64,000 bases of DNA from an uncultured Candidatus Saccharibacteria bacterium (GCA_964623415.1 CAZUUH010000001.1:1305-65304); one strand, 5' to 3'; positions 27,106 to 38,199 are shown, counted from the first letter of the stretch. The notes: generated by a model from the letters alone, not told the origin. A program made the numbers and translations.

Positions 27106-27888
27106 ATGACAGAAGAGGGAACAAAAACATCTCTTTATAATGTCAAAGCTGGTAACTTTGAAGGACCACTTGATTTACTCCTTTCTCTTATAGAACAAAG
27201 AAAGTTTTTTATTAATGAAATATCTTTAGCAGAAGTAACAAATGATTATATTTCTTATATAAAATCACTTTCTGATACAGAAAACGAGAAACATATAGCA
27301 GATGTTTCTTATTTTTTATTAATTTCTGCAACTTTAATATTAATCAAAAGTAAATCTTTATTACCAGCACTAACTTTAACAGAAGATGAAACTGAAAAAA
27401 TAAATGATCTAGAAAAACGTTTAAAAATATACCAAATAATAAAAGAATCTAGTATACCTGTAAAAAATAATTTTGGAACAAAAATAATATTTATGCCCAA
27501 TGAAAGGATTTGGGATGATCCATTATTTTCTCCAGATAAATCAATAACAATTGAAAATATAAGTAATCTTATTTTTGATGTTATATCAAGAGTACCCAAA
27601 AAATCAGAAAACTTACCAGAAGTAGAAATTAAAAAAGTTATAAACATAGAAGATGTAATGAATAACTTAACAGATAGAATACAAAATGCGATGAACCTCT
27701 CCTTCAGAAGCTTTGCGAGAGATAGCGGAGCTAAAACAGAAGAGGAAGCCAAAGTTCATGTTATTATTTCCTTTTTGGCTATGTTAGAATTAGTAAGAGA
27801 GGGTATTTTAGATGTAATTCAAAATTCTTCTTTTGGCGATATAGAAATAAACAAACAACAATCAGATATGGTTAATATTACAAATTAA
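27106..27888 (+). CDS. scpA: Segregation and condensation protein A
   Basis: FEGPLDLLLSLIEQRKFFINEISLAEVTNDY is the ScpA signature, and the gene is followed by scpB. Confidence 0.75.
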   Translation: MTEEGTKTSLYNVKAGNFEGPLDLLLSLIEQRKFFINEISLAEVTNDYISYIKSLSDTENEKHIADVSYFLLISATLILIKSKSLLPALTLTEDETEKINDLEKRLKIYQIIKESSIPVKNNFGTKIIFMPNERIWDDPLFSPDKSITIENISNLIFDVISRVPKKSENLPEVEIKKVINIEDVMNNLTDRIQNAMNLSFRSFARDSGAKTEEEAKVHVIISFLAMLELVREGILDVIQNSSFGDIEINKQQSDMVNITN

Positions 27889-27897
27889 TTTTAATAT

Positions 27898-28440
27898 ATG
27901 GAACTAGAATCAAAAATTGAAGGTTTACTTTTTTATAAAGGAGAAGATGTCGAAATTAAAAAGTTGGCAGAGTTATTAGAAGTAACAGAAGAAGAGATAG
28001 AAGAAGGTTTAAATAAGTTAGAATCTTCTTTATCTAAAAGAGGTCTAGTTATTGTAAGGAAAGACAAATCTGTTGTATTAGGTATTTCATCTGAACTAAG
28101 TCCGATTATTGAATCCATAAGAAAAGAAGAAATAACCAAAGATTTATCCAAAGCATCGCTTGAAACACTTTCTATTATTTTATATAAAAATGGAGTATCA
28201 CGAAGTGAAATTGATTATATTCGTGGTGTAAATTCTAGTTTCATTTTAAGAAATCTTTTAATAAGGGGTCTAGTTGAAAAGATAGTCGACCCTAAAGATA
28301 ACAGAAAATTACTATACAGACCGACCTTTGAATTATTGTCATACATGGGGGTAACAAGCATAGAACAAATACCTAATTATTTAAATGTTAAAGATCAATT
28401 AGAGGAAATTATTAATAAAATAGAAACAACAAATGAGTAA
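27898..28440 (+). CDS. scpB: Segregation and condensation protein B
   Basis: IEGLLFYKGEDVEIKKLAELLEVTEEEIEEGLNKL is a ScpB winged-helix N-terminus. Confidence 0.75.
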   Translation: MELESKIEGLLFYKGEDVEIKKLAELLEVTEEEIEEGLNKLESSLSKRGLVIVRKDKSVVLGISSELSPIIESIRKEEITKDLSKASLETLSIILYKNGVSRSEIDYIRGVNSSFILRNLLIRGLVEKIVDPKDNRKLLYRPTFELLSYMGVTSIEQIPNYLNVKDQLEEIINKIETTNE

Positions 28441-29491
28441 CGCACTAAAAATTTTTATACCAGCTGTTATAAGTTTTATTATAGGAATAATATTAACTCC
28501 AATCGCAACACATTATTTTTATAAATATAAAATGTGGCGTAAATCATCTAGGATTGATAATATACTTCCATCTAATGCTAACAATTTTTCAAAAATACAC
28601 GAATCAGATAAAGAAACTTCAACGCCTAGAGTTGGAGGAATAATAATTTGGGCTTCAGTAATTCTGACACTAGGTATAGTTTGGGTAATAGATATTATTC
28701 TAGAAAATAATCTTTCAGAAAAATTATATTTTATAACCAGAAATCAAACATTATTACCATTTTTCACCTTAATTGTTGCTTCTATTATAGGTTTATCTGA
28801 TGATTTTATACAAATATTTGGTAAAGGAAAATGGACAAAAGATCCTATAATTTTAAGATACTTAAAAGTTGGGATTATTATAATTCTTGGTTTAATTATC
28901 GGTTTATGGTTCTATTTTAAACTAGGGGTTAGTGAATTATATATACCATGGTATGGTTTTATAAGCTTAGGGTATCTATTTATACCATTTTTTATACTTA
29001 TAATGCTATCATTGTGGTCTTCTAGCGTTATAGACGGTATAGATGGTTTATCTGGTGGAATAATGGCTTCAATTTTCATGGCATATACCCTTATATCTTA
29101 CTTTAATAATCAAGCAGTGATAGCAACATTCTGTGCAGTTATTACAGGAGGAATATTATCTTTCTTGTGGTTCAATATACCTCCTGCAAGATTTTATATG
29201 GGGGAAACAGGTATGATAGGTTTAACTGTGACACTTTCCGTAATTGCTTTCATGACAAATACTGTTGTATTATTACCAATAATTGCATTTCCTCTTTTTG
29301 TAACATCTTTATCTGTTGTAATTCAAATGACTTCAAAAAAATTAAGACGTGGCAAAAAAGTATTTTTACTTGCACCACTTCATCATCACTTTGAGGCACT
29401 GGGTTGGTCAAAGTATAAAGTAACAATGCGTTATTGGATTGTTGGAGTTATAACATCAATAATAGGAGTAATAATATCAATGATAGACTAA
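28433..29491 (+). CDS. mraY: Phospho-N-acetylmuramoyl-pentapeptide transferase
   Basis: DGIDGLSGG and LAPLHHHFE motifs, with multiple TM helices. Confidence 0.9.
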   Translation: MSNALKIFIPAVISFIIGIILTPIATHYFYKYKMWRKSSRIDNILPSNANNFSKIHESDKETSTPRVGGIIIWASVILTLGIVWVIDIILENNLSEKLYFITRNQTLLPFFTLIVASIIGLSDDFIQIFGKGKWTKDPIILRYLKVGIIIILGLIIGLWFYFKLGVSELYIPWYGFISLGYLFIPFFILIMLSLWSSSVIDGIDGLSGGIMASIFMAYTLISYFNNQAVIATFCAVITGGILSFLWFNIPPARFYMGETGMIGLTVTLSVIAFMTNTVVLLPIIAFPLFVTSLSVVIQMTSKKLRRGKKVFLLAPLHHHFEALGWSKYKVTMRYWIVGVITSIIGVIISMID

Positions 29492-30606
29492 TGAAATTTA
29501 AAAAAATAGACACAATTTTTTTATGGATAGTTGCAACCTTGATTTTTATGGGTCTGATTTTCTTTACATCTGCTTCACTTGGAATACTTACTAAAAATGA
29601 AACTAAATTTTATGGTGTGATGTTTAGTCAGTATGTTCTTGGTTTTGGAGGGGGACTTATAGCTCTTTTCTTGGGTCTAAAGATTCCACATAAATTCTGG
29701 AGAAAATATTCTATTCCACTATTCATAATATCAATAATATTAACATTATTAGTATTTATTCCTGGTTTGGGTCAATCTCATGGTGGAGCGAGAAGATGGG
29801 TTGAAATATTTGGTTATAATTTCCAACCTGTTGAATTTTTAAAAATTGGTTTTATTTTTTATTTTGCAACTTGGTTATCTTGGGTAAAAGGTAGAGTTAA
29901 AAATCCATTATTTAGTATTGTTCCACTTATTGTTTCCTTAAGTGTTATTGCCCTAATGTTATTAAAACAACCTGATACAAAAAGTATTATATTAATAACT
30001 ATTACTGCAGTTGTAATGCTTTTTGTCTCTGGAACACCAGTAAAATACCTTTTAGCTGTTTTTGGTATTGTTTTAGTTGCATTTTCCATACTTGTGTATT
30101 CCACACCATATCTTCAAAATAGAGTTAATACTTTCTTAAATCCCAACGAAAACAGCCAAAGTTCTTCTTACCAACTACAACAATCACTAATAGCAATTGG
30201 TTCTGGTGGTTTATTAGGAAGAGGACTAGGACAAAGTATTCAAAAATTTAATTATCTACCAGAACCACAAGGTGATTCTATATTTGCTGTAATTGGTGAA
30301 GAAATAGGATTTATCGGTTGTACTATTATTATTTTATTATTTTTATCTTTTGCTTTTCGTGGATATAGAATCGCAATACGTAACGCACCAGATCCTTTTT
30401 CGAAATTAGTTGTAATTGGTTTTATAACAATGATAACCTCTCAATCATTTATGAATATAGCTTCCATAACAGGATTATTCCCCTTGACTGGAGTACCTCT
30501 TGTATTCATATCTCAAGGAGGAACAGCTCTATTATTATCAATGGGAATGGTTGGAATTATTTTAAATATTTCTAGTTTCCAAGGGAAAAATCTACTAGAA
30601 AAGTAA
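29491..30606 (+). CDS. ftsW: SEDS-family peptidoglycan polymerase FtsW/RodA
   Basis: QPVEFLKIGFIFYFATWLS, ten TM segments, and a position between mraY and murG. The start overlaps the mraY stop (taATG). Confidence 0.8.
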   Translation: MKFKKIDTIFLWIVATLIFMGLIFFTSASLGILTKNETKFYGVMFSQYVLGFGGGLIALFLGLKIPHKFWRKYSIPLFIISIILTLLVFIPGLGQSHGGARRWVEIFGYNFQPVEFLKIGFIFYFATWLSWVKGRVKNPLFSIVPLIVSLSVIALMLLKQPDTKSIILITITAVVMLFVSGTPVKYLLAVFGIVLVAFSILVYSTPYLQNRVNTFLNPNENSQSSSYQLQQSLIAIGSGGLLGRGLGQSIQKFNYLPEPQGDSIFAVIGEEIGFIGCTIIILLFLSFAFRGYRIAIRNAPDPFSKLVVIGFITMITSQSFMNIASITGLFPLTGVPLVFISQGGTALLLSMGMVGIILNISSFQGKNLLEK

Positions 30607-30631
30607 TTTAAAATAGATTATAATATAATAT

Positions 30632-31756
30632 ATGAAAATATTACTTACAGGTGGTGGAACTGGTGGACATTTTTATCCACTTATAGCTATAGCCGAAAAA
30701 CTTAATGAAATAAAAAATAGTGAAAAAATAATTGATTTTAAATTATATTATATGTCAGATAAACCTTATGACAAGAAGGCTTTATTTGATAATAAAATAA
30801 CTTTTATTCAAATACCTTCAGGAAAAATGAGAAGATATTTTTCTTTTAAAAACTTTCTAGATATATTTTCATTAATAACAGGAGGATTTTTTGGTTTAAT
30901 TACAATGTTCTTTGTGTTTCCGGATGTGGTTATATCAAAAGGAGGATACGCCTCTTTCCCAGCAGTATTTGCATCTAGAATACTAGGTATACCAATAATT
31001 ATCCATGAATCTGATTCATCACCAGGTAAAATGAACCTTTGGGCTTCTAAATTCGCTTCTCGTGTAGCTATTTCTTGGGCTGAAGCAATAAAATATTTAC
31101 CAAAAGAGAAAACAGTTCTAACCGGGCAACCAATACGTAAAGAAATAATTTCTGGTGATCCAAATGGTGCCTTAGAATTTTTTAAACTAAAAGATGGTTT
31201 AAAAACAATTTTAATTTTAGGCGGTTCACAAGGAGCAGAAATTATAAATAATATAATATTAGATTCAGCTCCAGAACTTTTAACTAAATATCAAATAATT
31301 CATCAAACTGGCCAAGATAAAATAAACGACGTAAAATCAAGATTTGATTTAATAATTGAAAATAATCCAAATAAATCGAGATATGTTCCAATACCATTTC
31401 TAAATGTTTTATCTACTAGGATGGCTGCTGGGTGTGCAGATATTGTAATATCACGAGCTGGTTCAGCAATTTTTGAAATTGCGTCTTGGGGTATACCTTC
31501 CATAATAATACCAATAACTAATTCAAACGGTGATCATCAAAGGAAAAATGCTTTCAATTATGCAAGAAGTGGAGGGTGTGAAGTCATAGAAGAAAACAAT
31601 TTATCAAAAAGTTTATTAATTTCTAGAATAGAATTAATCCTTTCTTCAGAAGAAAAAACAAAAAGTATGAAAGAGAAAGCACTCTCTTTTGCGAAGCATG
31701 ATGCTGCTTTTAAAATTGCAAAAGAAGCAATAGATATTGCACTGACTCATTATTAA
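30632..31756 (+). CDS. murG: Undecaprenyldiphospho-muramoylpentapeptide beta-N-acetylglucosaminyltransferase
   Basis: MKILLTGGGTGGHFYPLIAIAEKL and the GT28 C-terminal domain. Confidence 0.88.
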   Translation: MKILLTGGGTGGHFYPLIAIAEKLNEIKNSEKIIDFKLYYMSDKPYDKKALFDNKITFIQIPSGKMRRYFSFKNFLDIFSLITGGFFGLITMFFVFPDVVISKGGYASFPAVFASRILGIPIIIHESDSSPGKMNLWASKFASRVAISWAEAIKYLPKEKTVLTGQPIRKEIISGDPNGALEFFKLKDGLKTILILGGSQGAEIINNIILDSAPELLTKYQIIHQTGQDKINDVKSRFDLIIENNPNKSRYVPIPFLNVLSTRMAAGCADIVISRAGSAIFEIASWGIPSIIIPITNSNGDHQRKNAFNYARSGGCEVIEENNLSKSLLISRIELILSSEEKTKSMKEKALSFAKHDAAFKIAKEAIDIALTHY

Positions 31757-31758
31757 AA

Positions 31759-33045
31759 ATGAAAAAATTTTTATTTTTAACAATTACAATGTTTTGTGGG
31801 TTACTCTTATCTTTTCCTGATATGGTTTTTTCTGATACAGCAAATAATCTTAAAAACCAAATTGAAAAAACCAATAATCAGATAGAAACAATTAATAGTG
31901 AAATAAAAGTTTTATCAAACCAAATAGCTGAAACAGCAGAAGAAAAAGAAAGTTTAGCTAAAATAATTAAAGAACTAAATCTAACAAGATCAAAATTACT
32001 AAAAGAAAGGGAACAGATACAAAAAAAGATTACTAATGCTGGTTTAATAATAAATGACTTATCAACTAATATAAAAAACAAAGAAAGTTCTATTTATCTA
32101 GCCAAACAATCTCTATCTTTAATGATAAATAATCTAAATCAAAATGAAAAAACTCCTTTTATGGAGAGATTGTTGTCTAATAAAAGTTTTACTGATTTTA
32201 GTAACGAATATAATAATATTATTAGTTTAAATGATAAAATTAGAGACAATATAAATATTTTATCAAATAAAAAGATAGAACTAGAAGAATCTAAAAATGC
32301 AAAAGAAGAGGAAAAGAAAAACTTAGATTCTCTTAAAAATAATCTTATTCAAAAAGAACAAGCAGTTGTGGTCACAAAGAAAGAGAAAGACTCACTTCTG
32401 TCGGAAACAAAAAATAAAGAAATTGTTTATCAGCAAATGTTATCAGAAAAAATAAAACTAAGAGATTCTTTTGAGAAAGAATTACTTGCATATGAATCTC
32501 AATTAAAATATATTCTTGATAAAAAATCATTACCAAAAGAAGGTTCAGCTGTTTTGTCTTGGCCACTTGATTATGTACTTATAACATCACTTTTTGGAGA
32601 AAGATGGGGTAGAATGCACTCTGGTTTAGATTTCAGAGCCTCAATTGGTACTCCTGTTAAAAGTGTAATGGATGGTGAAGTAATTGGTACTGGTGATACA
32701 GATGTAGCTTGTAAAGGAGCTTCTTTTGGAAAATGGGTTTTAGTAAAACATAACAATGGGCTATCTAGTGTTTACGGACACTTATCTGTAATAAGTGTTA
32801 AAAAAGGTGAAAAAATAAAAACAGGTAAAGTAATTGGATTATCTGGCAATACCGGATCATCTACAGCTCCTCACTTACACCTAGGAGTATATGCTTCAGA
32901 TGGAGTAAAAATAGATAATGTTCCAAGTGCAGTATGCTATGGAAAAATATTCGTACAACCTATGGCTCCAACAAATGCATATTTAAATCCACTACTTTAT
33001 TTACCAAAAACAACCAACAATATGTACAAAGCTGGAGTATTATAA
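31759..33045 (+). CDS. EnvC-like M23 peptidase with an N-terminal coiled coil
   Basis: Signal/TM segment, long coiled coil and HSGLDFRASIGTPVKSVMDGEVI ... HLHLGVY M23 motifs. Confidence 0.8.
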   Translation: MKKFLFLTITMFCGLLLSFPDMVFSDTANNLKNQIEKTNNQIETINSEIKVLSNQIAETAEEKESLAKIIKELNLTRSKLLKEREQIQKKITNAGLIINDLSTNIKNKESSIYLAKQSLSLMINNLNQNEKTPFMERLLSNKSFTDFSNEYNNIISLNDKIRDNINILSNKKIELEESKNAKEEEKKNLDSLKNNLIQKEQAVVVTKKEKDSLLSETKNKEIVYQQMLSEKIKLRDSFEKELLAYESQLKYILDKKSLPKEGSAVLSWPLDYVLITSLFGERWGRMHSGLDFRASIGTPVKSVMDGEVIGTGDTDVACKGASFGKWVLVKHNNGLSSVYGHLSVISVKKGEKIKTGKVIGLSGNTGSSTAPHLHLGVYASDGVKIDNVPSAVCYGKIFVQPMAPTNAYLNPLLYLPKTTNNMYKAGVL

Positions 33046-33057
33046 TATAATATTTTC

Positions 33058-33354
33058 ATGAGCGAAGAAAATAAATCTGGTGTTAGAGTTAGATGGGGGT
33101 GGATAATAATCTTAGCTGGTATTATTTTTTTATTATTTAAAGTCGACATAAAAGAAAAGGTAGAATCTGAACAATTCAAAGAAAACATATCTTATATAAA
33201 AAATAAAATAAATTATTTTTGGGATAAATACGTAGTAGATTTTACTAAATCAAAAATAGGAGAAGTTATAACTAATGTAGCAACCGATAGTCTAAAAACA
33301 GTTCAAGAGAATGTAACAAAAAACATAAAAGAAAATTTTGAAGATAAAGAATAA
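33058..33354 (+). CDS. Small hypothetical membrane protein
   Basis: One TM helix (WGWIIILAGIIFLLF). No homology recognised. Confidence 0.3.
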   Translation: MSEENKSGVRVRWGWIIILAGIIFLLFKVDIKEKVESEQFKENISYIKNKINYFWDKYVVDFTKSKIGEVITNVATDSLKTVQENVTKNIKENFEDKE

Positions 33355-33355
33355 A

Positions 33356-33381
33356 AAAAGAAGCCCGAAAGCTTCTTTTTT
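33356..33381. terminator. Bidirectional terminator (aaagaagc-ccgaaa-gcttcttt with flanking A/T runs)
   Basis: Perfect 8-bp stem between the convergent small ORF and tRNA-Leu. Confidence 0.6.
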
Positions 33382-33383
33382 TG

Positions 33384-33465
33384 TGCCCGAGGTGGGGGTC
33401 GAACCCACATCCCTTACGAGACACGATTTTAAGTCGTGCGCGTATACCAATTCCGCCACTCGGGC
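33384..33465 (-). tRNA. tRNA-Leu (anticodon UAA), type II with a long variable arm
   Basis: The reverse complement folds as a cloverleaf: acceptor GCCCGAG/CTCGGGC, anticodon loop CTTAAAA, variable arm of about 14 nt, and a GGTTCGA T-loop. Confidence 0.85.
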
Positions 33466-33529
33466 AAATAACCTTATATAATAATTACACAATTTTAAAA
33501 AAAATACAAATTCTGTTATACTAAAGATT

Positions 33530-34954
33530 ATGCAAGAATATTATACAACGATTGGTTTAGAAATACACGCAGAATTAAAAACAAAATCAAAAATGTTTTG
33601 CGGTTGTAAAAATGATCCAAATGAGAAAAACCCAAACTCAAACATCTGCCCTGTATGTATGGCTTACCCAGGCACGCTTCCTGTTATAAACAAAGAAGCG
33701 GTTTTAGACGTTATCAAAGTTGGACTTGCTCTTGGTGCTGATATAGCAAATTTTACTGAATTTGATCGTAAAAATTATTTTTACCCAGACATACCAAAAG
33801 CTTACCAAATTTCCCAATATAAACACCCCATAGTTTCAGGGGGAGAATTAAATGGTATTAAAATAACTCGCGTTCATCTGGAAGAGGATACCGCAACATC
33901 AAAACATCCAGAAAAAAATGAAAAAGACTACAGTTTAGTAGATTTTAATCGTGCAGGAGTTCCACTTATGGAGCTTGTAACTGAACCAGTCATACATTCA
34001 GCAAAAGAAGCTTTAGATTTCGGAAAAGAACTTCAATTACTTTTGAAATATCTTGGTGTTTCAGATGCAAACATGGAAAAAGGTGAAATGCGTGTTGAAT
34101 TAAACATATCTATTTCTTCTGATCCCAATAAGTTTGGCACAAAAGTAGAAGTTAAAAATATTAATTCTTTCCGCGCTGTTGAAAAAGCAGCAGAATTTGA
34201 AACAAAAAGAATGATAGAGTTACTAGATAAGGGTGAAGGAGATAAAATAGTTCAAGAAACTCGTGGATGGGATGAAAATAAAGGAATTACATTTTCTCAA
34301 CGTTCTAAAGAAAATGCAAATGATTATAGATATTTCCCAGATCCAGATTTGCCTAAATTATATTTAAAAGAAATTTTTGATTTAGAAAAATTAAAAAATG
34401 AACTTCCTGAATTACCTAAAAAAAGAAGATCCAGGTATAAAGAAGATTATGGAATTAAAGATGAAGATATTGAAAGCTATATCGTAGATAAAGAGCTGGG
34501 TGATTGGTTTGAAAATGTAGCTAATTTGTTAAAAGATAAAAATAAAATACAAATAGCTTCGAATTATATAACTTCTGATTATTTAGGCTTAAAGAAAAGT
34601 AATTTAGAAGTTAAACTTCCAAAAATAGAGAACTTTGTAGAATTAATCAATATGATAAACGAGAATCTCATATCTTCTCGTGCAGCTAAGGATATTTTAG
34701 CAATGATTGTTATTGAAGATAATTCGCCAATAGAAATAGCTAAAATAAAAGATTTATTACAAAAAAATGATGAGAATGAATTAAGGGAGATAGTCCAAAA
34801 AACTATTAATAAAAATACAATAATAATAGAAACATACAAAAGTGGTAAAGAAAATGCTCTTATGTCTCTAGTAGGCCAAGTTATGAAAGAAACAAATGGT
34901 GGAGCAAATCCACAATTAGTTCAAAAGTTACTCAAAGAATTAATTATAAAATAA
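33530..34954 (+). CDS. gatB: Asp/Glu-tRNA amidotransferase subunit B
   Basis: IGLEIHAELKTKSKMFCGC...PVCMAYPGTLPV is the GatB N-terminus, with a C-terminal YqeY-like domain. Confidence 0.9.
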   Translation: MQEYYTTIGLEIHAELKTKSKMFCGCKNDPNEKNPNSNICPVCMAYPGTLPVINKEAVLDVIKVGLALGADIANFTEFDRKNYFYPDIPKAYQISQYKHPIVSGGELNGIKITRVHLEEDTATSKHPEKNEKDYSLVDFNRAGVPLMELVTEPVIHSAKEALDFGKELQLLLKYLGVSDANMEKGEMRVELNISISSDPNKFGTKVEVKNINSFRAVEKAAEFETKRMIELLDKGEGDKIVQETRGWDENKGITFSQRSKENANDYRYFPDPDLPKLYLKEIFDLEKLKNELPELPKKRRSRYKEDYGIKDEDIESYIVDKELGDWFENVANLLKDKNKIQIASNYITSDYLGLKKSNLEVKLPKIENFVELINMINENLISSRAAKDILAMIVIEDNSPIEIAKIKDLLQKNDENELREIVQKTINKNTIIIETYKSGKENALMSLVGQVMKETNGGANPQLVQKLLKELIIK

Positions 34955-34973
34955 GTGCTATAATATAAATATT

Positions 34974-36026
34974 ATGGAGAATAAAAAAATTCGTATAGCT
35001 ATAAATGGTTTTGGTAGAATTGGTAGAGCTTTTTTAAAAGCATCTTGGGGTAATAAAGAAATTGAAATTGTAGCAGTAAATGACCTCGGTACAATTGAAA
35101 GCTTAACTTATCTGTTACAATACGACACTGTATATGGTAAATGGAATCACAAAATAGGTATTAAAGTTAATGAAGAAAATGAAACAGACAGATATATTAC
35201 AATAGATGGTTTAAAAATTAAATATCTATCAGAAAAAGATACAACAAAGCTTCCTTGGAAAGATTTAAACATTGATGTTGTTATTGAATCTACTGGCATT
35301 TTTACATCTTATGACAAAGCTAAATTTCATTTAGATTGTGGCGCTAAAAAAGTTGTAATCTCTGCTCCATCAAAGAGTAAAGAATCTGAAACACACGGAG
35401 AAACTATTTTACTTGGAGTTAATGAAGAAAAATTTGGAACTTGTGATATCACATCAAATGCTTCATGTACAACAAATGCTGCTTCTCCAATTATTTCTAT
35501 AGTACACGAAAGTCTTGGTGTAGAAAAAGCCATTCTAAATACAGTTCACGGATACACAGCAACCCAATCAATCGTTGATAGCCCAAGTAAAAAGGACTTA
35601 AGAGAGGGAAGAGCTGCCGCTCAAAACATAATTCCATCTTCTACAGGTGCTGCTATTGCTGTCACAGAAGCATTCCCAATACTTAAGGGATTATTTGATG
35701 GCATCTCAATTCGTGTGCCTGTTATATGTGGTTCTATTGTAGATATAACTTTTATCTCTAAAAAGGATACTAATCTAGAAGAGGTCAATAATATATTAAA
35801 AAATGCATCAAAAGATACCCGTTGGGAAAAAATATTTACAGTAACAGAAGACCCAATAGTTTCATCAGATATTCTAGGAGAAAGTCATGCTTGTATTGCC
35901 GATTTAGCAATGACTCGTGTTGTTGGCGGTAATCTTATAAAGATACTTGGTTGGTATGATAATGAAATGGGATACACTTACACTCTCATAGACCACGCAA
36001 TAAAAACAGGTAAAACCATAAAATAA
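34974..36026 (+). CDS. gap: Glyceraldehyde-3-phosphate dehydrogenase
   Basis: INGFGRIGR, and SNASCTTNAASP with the active-site Cys. Confidence 0.9.
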   Translation: MENKKIRIAINGFGRIGRAFLKASWGNKEIEIVAVNDLGTIESLTYLLQYDTVYGKWNHKIGIKVNEENETDRYITIDGLKIKYLSEKDTTKLPWKDLNIDVVIESTGIFTSYDKAKFHLDCGAKKVVISAPSKSKESETHGETILLGVNEEKFGTCDITSNASCTTNAASPIISIVHESLGVEKAILNTVHGYTATQSIVDSPSKKDLREGRAAAQNIIPSSTGAAIAVTEAFPILKGLFDGISIRVPVICGSIVDITFISKKDTNLEEVNNILKNASKDTRWEKIFTVTEDPIVSSDILGESHACIADLAMTRVVGGNLIKILGWYDNEMGYTYTLIDHAIKTGKTIK

Positions 36027-36046
36027 ATTTATGATATAATATAAAT

Positions 36047-36505
36047 ATGAAAATATTTATTGGAGCAGATCATGCTGGCTATGAACTTAAAGAAAATCTT
36101 AAGAAATATATTACAGAATATTTTAATTTTGAAATAATAGACAAAGGAGCTTTTTCTTATAATAAAGATGATGATTACACAGATTTTATTATTCCTGTAG
36201 CCATAGAAGTTTCTCAAAACGAAAATTCATTAGGAATTATTATTGGAGGAAGTGGTCAAGGTGAACAAATAGGAGCAAATAAGATAGATAAAATACGTGC
36301 CATCGAATATTATGGTGGAAATTTAGATATAGTGAAACTAGGCAAAGAGCACAATAATGCAAATATACTTTCTATAGGAGCTAGGTTTATTGATACAGAT
36401 GAGGCAAAAGAAGCAACTAAATTATTCATTGAAACACCTTTTTCGAAAGAAGAAAGACACGAGAGAAGAATTGACCAAATTAAAAATATTGAATTAAATA
36501 ATTAA
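36047..36505 (+). CDS. rpiB: Ribose-5-phosphate isomerase B
   Basis: MKIFIGADHAGYELK...GIIIGGSGQGEQIGANK is the RpiB/LacAB signature. Confidence 0.85.
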   Translation: MKIFIGADHAGYELKENLKKYITEYFNFEIIDKGAFSYNKDDDYTDFIIPVAIEVSQNENSLGIIIGGSGQGEQIGANKIDKIRAIEYYGGNLDIVKLGKEHNNANILSIGARFIDTDEAKEATKLFIETPFSKEERHERRIDQIKNIELNN

Positions 36506-36509
36506 TAAA

Positions 36510-37196
36510 ATGACTGAAATTATTCCAGCAGTTTTAGCAAAAGATTACATTGATTTAAATCAAAAAGTTGCTAAATATATAAATATTGCCAAAATTGTAC
36601 AGATAGATATTTGTGATGGATTATTTGTTGAAAGCACATCTTGGCCAATGGGTAAGTCTGACCTCGATAGCGTAAATGAGATTTTAGAAGAAGAGGAGGG
36701 TTTACCTTTTTGGAAAGAAATAGACTATGAATTAGATCTTATGGTTTTAAATGCTCACAAAAAATTTGATTTTTTTATGCGTTTAGGAGCTAAAAGAATA
36801 ATATTCCATCTTGAAGCTGAAGAAGAAAAGAGTTTTAAAGAATTTTTAGAATCAATGGACCCTTACTATAAGGATAATATAGAAATAGGACTAGCTATAA
36901 ACACAACAACACCTATAGAAAAAATTTCTCAATTTATTAATTACATTGATTTTGTACAATGTATGGGTATATCAAAAATAGGTTTCCAGGGACAAAATTT
37001 TGATGAAAAATCATTAACACAAATAAAATTATTACGTGAAAAATATCCAGAACTTAAAATAACAGTAGATGGGGGAGTAAACGAAAACACAGCAAAAAAG
37101 TTACTCTCTAATGGAGCAGATAGCCTTATTGTAGGTTCTGTTTTATTAAATAGTATAGATATAAAAGAAACCTTTGAAGTATTTAGTAGATTATAA
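36510..37196 (+). CDS. rpe: Ribulose-phosphate 3-epimerase (probable)
   Basis: IIPAVLAKDYIDLNQKV...IVQIDICDGLFVESTSWPMG parallels the Rpe ILSADF...HxDVMDGxFVPN motif, in pentose-phosphate gene context. Confidence 0.6.
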   Translation: MTEIIPAVLAKDYIDLNQKVAKYINIAKIVQIDICDGLFVESTSWPMGKSDLDSVNEILEEEEGLPFWKEIDYELDLMVLNAHKKFDFFMRLGAKRIIFHLEAEEEKSFKEFLESMDPYYKDNIEIGLAINTTTPIEKISQFINYIDFVQCMGISKIGFQGQNFDEKSLTQIKLLREKYPELKITVDGGVNENTAKKLLSNGADSLIVGSVLLNSIDIKETFEVFSRL

Positions 37197-38141
37197 ATTC
37201 AAAGTAATTTCTACTAAAACAAACAATAACCAAAACAAAAAGAGGAAAACAGCCTCTCTTCTTGTTATTATTTTACCAGACTTCATAAAATAAAATAAAG
37301 CAAAAGAAGCAAAAACCATAAATAGACCAGTAGAATAGATTATTTTTACTGGAAAATAAAATGGTTTTATGAGAGCTAAAATCCCCACAACAATTGTTGC
37401 ATCAGCTAAAACTGTTCCCAAAATGTCACCAACAGCAAGAGAATCATTGTTCTTTTTTACAGCAGAAATACCAAAAAATAATTCTGGCATTGTTGTGCCA
37501 AGCCCGACAACCAACATTCCAATAATGATAGAACTGACCCCTAAGTATGTAGCAATAAAAAGTGTCGAATTAACAATAAAATGAGAACCCACAAGAAGCA
37601 TTGCCATACTAAGAACTAAACAGAGAATATTTTTATTTTTATCTTTTCTTGTAGTTTCAATAAAATTATTTACATTGTAATTCTCTCTTAATTCTCTATC
37701 TTTTTTAAAAGAAATGTAGTAAAAAATTAAACCTACGAAAACCAAAGCCAAGCCTTCAATACGAGAGTAAAAACCATTTAAACCTAAAATAAGTGGCAAA
37801 ATTAAAAATAATGGATAAATATTATTTTCTTTTAAAATTTTACTTTCTATCTTAAGACCACGACCAGAAATAAAAATAATTGCAGCAAATACAAGAGTTA
37901 AATCTGCAACGTTTGAACCAAAGAGAGTTCCTAATCCCAGAGAAGATACACCTTTAATGGAAGCGTTTATTGAAACTAATGTTTCTGGAATTATTGAAAC
38001 GATAGCAACAATAATAAAACCGACTATATATTTTGAAATCTTAAAACTATCTGATAATTTAAAAGCATATTTTGTAGAAAGTGTAGCACCCTTAATAATC
38101 AAAAATGCTGAAACTCCGAAGATAATTAAATTTAATAACAT
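37191..38141 (-). CDS. CaCA-family cation/Ca2+ exchanger (YrbG-like)
   Basis: Two alpha-repeat motifs (GTLFGSNVADL and GTTMPELFFGISAV) in a protein with about 10 TM helices. Confidence 0.75.
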   Translation of the reverse strand: MLLNLIIFGVSAFLIIKGATLSTKYAFKLSDSFKISKYIVGFIIVAIVSIIPETLVSINASIKGVSSLGLGTLFGSNVADLTLVFAAIIFISGRGLKIESKILKENNIYPLFLILPLILGLNGFYSRIEGLALVFVGLIFYYISFKKDRELRENYNVNNFIETTRKDKNKNILCLVLSMAMLLVGSHFIVNSTLFIATYLGVSSIIIGMLVVGLGTTMPELFFGISAVKKNNDSLAVGDILGTVLADATIVVGILALIKPFYFPVKIIYSTGLFMVFASFALFYFMKSGKIITRREAVFLFLFWLLFVLVEITLNL

Positions 38142-38199
38142 GTATATAATATAGCATAATAGATTAGTAATTTAAAATTATTTTTGTTAAAATAGTATT